A stretch of DNA of 64,000 nt, from NCBI GenBank assembly GCA_020846435.1, contig JADLDY010000039.1, forward strand, positions 16,919-80,918. Reading direction: 5' to 3'. Shown here piece by piece: positions 61,961 to 64,000 of the stretch. Both the position numbers and the translations under genes were made by a program. The notes beneath the pieces were generated by a model that searched no databases, was not told the DNA's origin, and worked only from the letters and a program-made list of their open reading frames with translations. The stretch is from Deltaproteobacteria bacterium. Its GTDB lineage: Bacteria; Desulfobacterota; GWC2-55-46. The first letter of the stretch is position 1, and the number at the start of each line of letters is the position of its first letter.

Positions 61961-64000
61961 TTACAAAGCCCTGGTTGTCACCGTGAAAGAGGTCTTGAAA
62001 CCGCCTTCGCGGAAAAATGCCGCGGGGAAGAGGAAGAGCAGGCACGAGCCCTGGAATATCTTCTCGAAGCCGCCCTCGGACAAAGAAACGGTATATATAG
62101 GGTGGCGCAAAAGTGCCGCAGGGCCGTCGAGTTTTATGACTGCTTCGACGCCGGTGTATTCGTCTATCAAACTCAGCTCTGTTATGCCCTTCACCTCGCC
62201 TGCGCTGCCGAAGCCTATATTGCCGTCAGGGTCAAAAACAGGCTTTGCCTCATATTTACACACAGGGCCATCGCAGCACGGAAGCAGAAAGTTGAACTCA
62301 ACACCAAAGAAGCCCTTTGCCTCGAAAGCGCCGGAAAGGCTCCTTACATGGTAGTCGACCTTGAAAGTGTCAGCGCTCTCGAAGACTATCGACTTCCTGA
62401 CAGAGACATCTTTTCCAAAAGCCTGGGCTTTCCTGCTGAGCGTGAGACAGCCGTCTTTGACCTCTTTTTCATACCTCTGGTGGCTGAACGAGCCTTCTTC
62501 CTTATATGAGCCGGAGTAAAAGTCTTCGAAAGTAAAATCTTCAGGGAAGAAATGGTCGACGAGGGACGCCCTTCTTTTCGCGTCGTACTTGAGGTAGTTC
62601 TCAAGCCCCTCTTCCTTGACCTTGACGATATCGTGTATGGACTTCGCGCCGGCCTCGATGCCCTCGTGTTTGGAGCGCTCGATGAGCTTGCGATGGTAGG
62701 CCTCAGGCCAGCGGGTGAGAGTGTTGGAGAGGTTCACGCCCTTGCGCCTGCAATCGAACTCGACGAGAGTACCGCCGTTGAAGGGGCTGAAAAAAAGGCT
62801 CACATCCCCTGTCCTCATGACCGTCTCCTCGTGGTAGTCTGCGTCGAGGTCGGAAGAGAATATCTCGGGAAAGTCAGAGCCCGGCGCGACTATCTTCTCC
62901 GCGTGTATGAGGCACTCGTAGACCTTTGTGCGAAGGTGCGGCAGATAGAGCCCGCCGAAGACGCCATGCCAGTACGCGTCGTTGCACTGCGCCTGATACA
63001 GGAGGCGCTCGGCCGCGTCCTGCGTTTTGTCGGAGCAAAGCTGGCGCCTTTTTTTGACTTCCCTGCTCACCATGAGCATGCGCTTGTGCATCCAGTTGGC
63101 CTCAGGATACTTGGCAAGGAAGTTACGCCATGTGCCCCCCTGCAGAAACCTTTTCACTCTCTCGCCGCTCTCGCCCCAGCCGTTGACCTCCTCTATGAGG
63201 TCGATATAGTCGCGCGCCGCGTCGGCAGGCAGCGACCACTCGCCCATCTCCATGTAAGAGGTATTGGGCAGATAGGTGTGGCCGACGGGCTCTTCGTGGT
63301 CGAGGAACTCTCCTAATGTCGAAGGCTTTATCCAGTCGAGGTTTTTATCTATCATATCGAAGAACTTCTCGAGCCAGCCTTCTTCAAAGACCCATTTGCT
63401 CGTTCCCGGCCACACGCCGAACTTCTCGCCGTCGTCGCCGTAGATGGCCGCCGACCCTCTCGTGAAAGAGCCGTTGTCGATCGACTTCATGTAGGCCTCG
63501 AACTCCTCGACGCCCTTGAACGGGACGAGGTAGCGCAAGGCCTCGTTGCCCGGAAATATCTTAATGAGGTTGCCCTGGTCTTCTGTCGTGTAATAGCCGC
63601 CTAGCTGGTCTTTCCTCAGGCCCGCCTTGAGGAAGTGATAGTCATCGACGACAAGGTACTCAAGACCGGCCTTCCTGATTATAGACGGATGCGTCGGCTC
63701 CCAGACCCTTTCGGCGAGCCAGATGCCGCGCGGCCTCTTGCCGAAAAGCTCCTCTATCCTGTCGGAGAACATAACCACCTGACGGATCCTGTCCTCTTCG
63801 GGTATGACGGAGAGCACAGGCTCGTAGTAGCCGCCGCCGACTATCTCAACCTGCCCCCTTTGCACCATCGTCTTAAGGAGCGCGATGTACTCAGGGTGCT
63901 TCTCGGCTATCCAGTCGAGAAGGAAGCCGGTGTTGTGGAGCGAGAGCTTTATCGCGGGGCGCTTTGAAATAGAAACGAGAAAGGGCCAGTACGAGCTCTG
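61961..64000 (-). CDS. Glycoside hydrolase family 57 protein (4-alpha-glucanotransferase/amylopullulanase-like), 5' partial: ORF remains open to window end
   Basis: GH57 motifs (GQVEIVGGGYYEP…, GIWLAERVWEP…). Translation upstream of the listed M (…HNTGFLLDWIAEKHPEYIALLKTMVQ…) has no stop up to nt 64000. Confidence 0.8.
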   Translation of the reverse strand, partial: QSSYWPFLVSISKRPAIKLSLHNTGFLLDWIAEKHPEYIALLKTMVQRGQVEIVGGGYYEPVLSVIPEEDRIRQVVMFSDRIEELFGKRPRGIWLAERVWEPTHPSIIRKAGLEYLVVDDYHFLKAGLRKDQLGGYYTTEDQGNLIKIFPGNEALRYLVPFKGVEEFEAYMKSIDNGSFTRGSAAIYGDDGEKFGVWPGTSKWVFEEGWLEKFFDMIDKNLDWIKPSTLGEFLDHEEPVGHTYLPNTSYMEMGEWSLPADAARDYIDLIEEVNGWGESGERVKRFLQGGTWRNFLAKYPEANWMHKRMLMVSREVKKRRQLCSDKTQDAAERLLYQAQCNDAYWHGVFGGLYLPHLRTKVYECLIHAEKIVAPGSDFPEIFSSDLDADYHEETVMRTGDVSLFFSPFNGGTLVEFDCRRKGVNLSNTLTRWPEAYHRKLIERSKHEGIEAGAKSIHDIVKVKEEGLENYLKYDAKRRASLVDHFFPEDFTFEDFYSGSYKEEGSFSHQRYEKEVKDGCLTLSRKAQAFGKDVSVRKSIVFESADTFKVDYHVRSLSGAFEAKGFFGVEFNFLLPCCDGPVCKYEAKPVFDPDGNIGFGSAGEVKGITELSLIDEYTGVEAVIKLDGPAALLRHPIYTVSLSEGGFEKIFQGSCLLFLFPAAFFREGGFKTSFTVTTRAL

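Overview
A ~60% GC chromosomal window from a Gram-negative bacterium, probably of deltaproteobacterial (Desulfobacterota) type (Lpt/BamD genes, an rpoN-hpf-ptsN-hprK-rapZ-PTS cluster, AGG/ATA-rich codon usage). It is mostly housekeeping genes. These are proline dehydrogenase (partial), moaD-moaE-mogA, proBA, rplU-rpmA-obg, mobB-mobA-mazG, murJ, rpsT, a beta-carbonic anhydrase, holA-lptE-leuS, proS, ppiD, mreBCD-mrdA-rodA, pgpA, cinA-C, thpR, recA-pilT-recX, alaS, cheA-cheW-cheW-bamD, ahcY, metK, ptsI-ptsH and PTS IIB/IIA(Man)-rapZ-hprK-ptsN-hpf-rpoN-lptBAC-kdsC, plus a partial GH57 glucan-processing enzyme. The stand-out locus is a mercury-methylation pair hgcA-hgcB (NVWCAAGKGTF cap-helix motif; ferredoxin with two CxxCxxCxxxC motifs and a C-terminal CC). 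It is translationally coupled upstream to a small Cys-rich AbrB/SpoVT-family DNA-binding protein and preceded by a TATAAT box overlapping an inverted-repeat operator, which suggests a candidate, undescribed regulator for hgcAB. Other points worth a second look: thpR lacks a canonical start codon (ATA preceded by a strong SD); a ~430 bp low-GC islet carries an orphan 95-aa ORF; a small family of REP-like GC palindromic elements (TGAGGGGGATTA...TAATCTCCCCTGCCCCTCTT); a multi-GAF/degenerate-GGDEF protein with a DUF4388 partner heading the moaDE-mogA operon; a DUF4105/DUF3015 exported-protein pair; bamD translationally coupled to a cheA-cheW-cheW cluster; and several attenuator or terminator hairpins. 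No rRNA, tRNA or CRISPR arrays were found.
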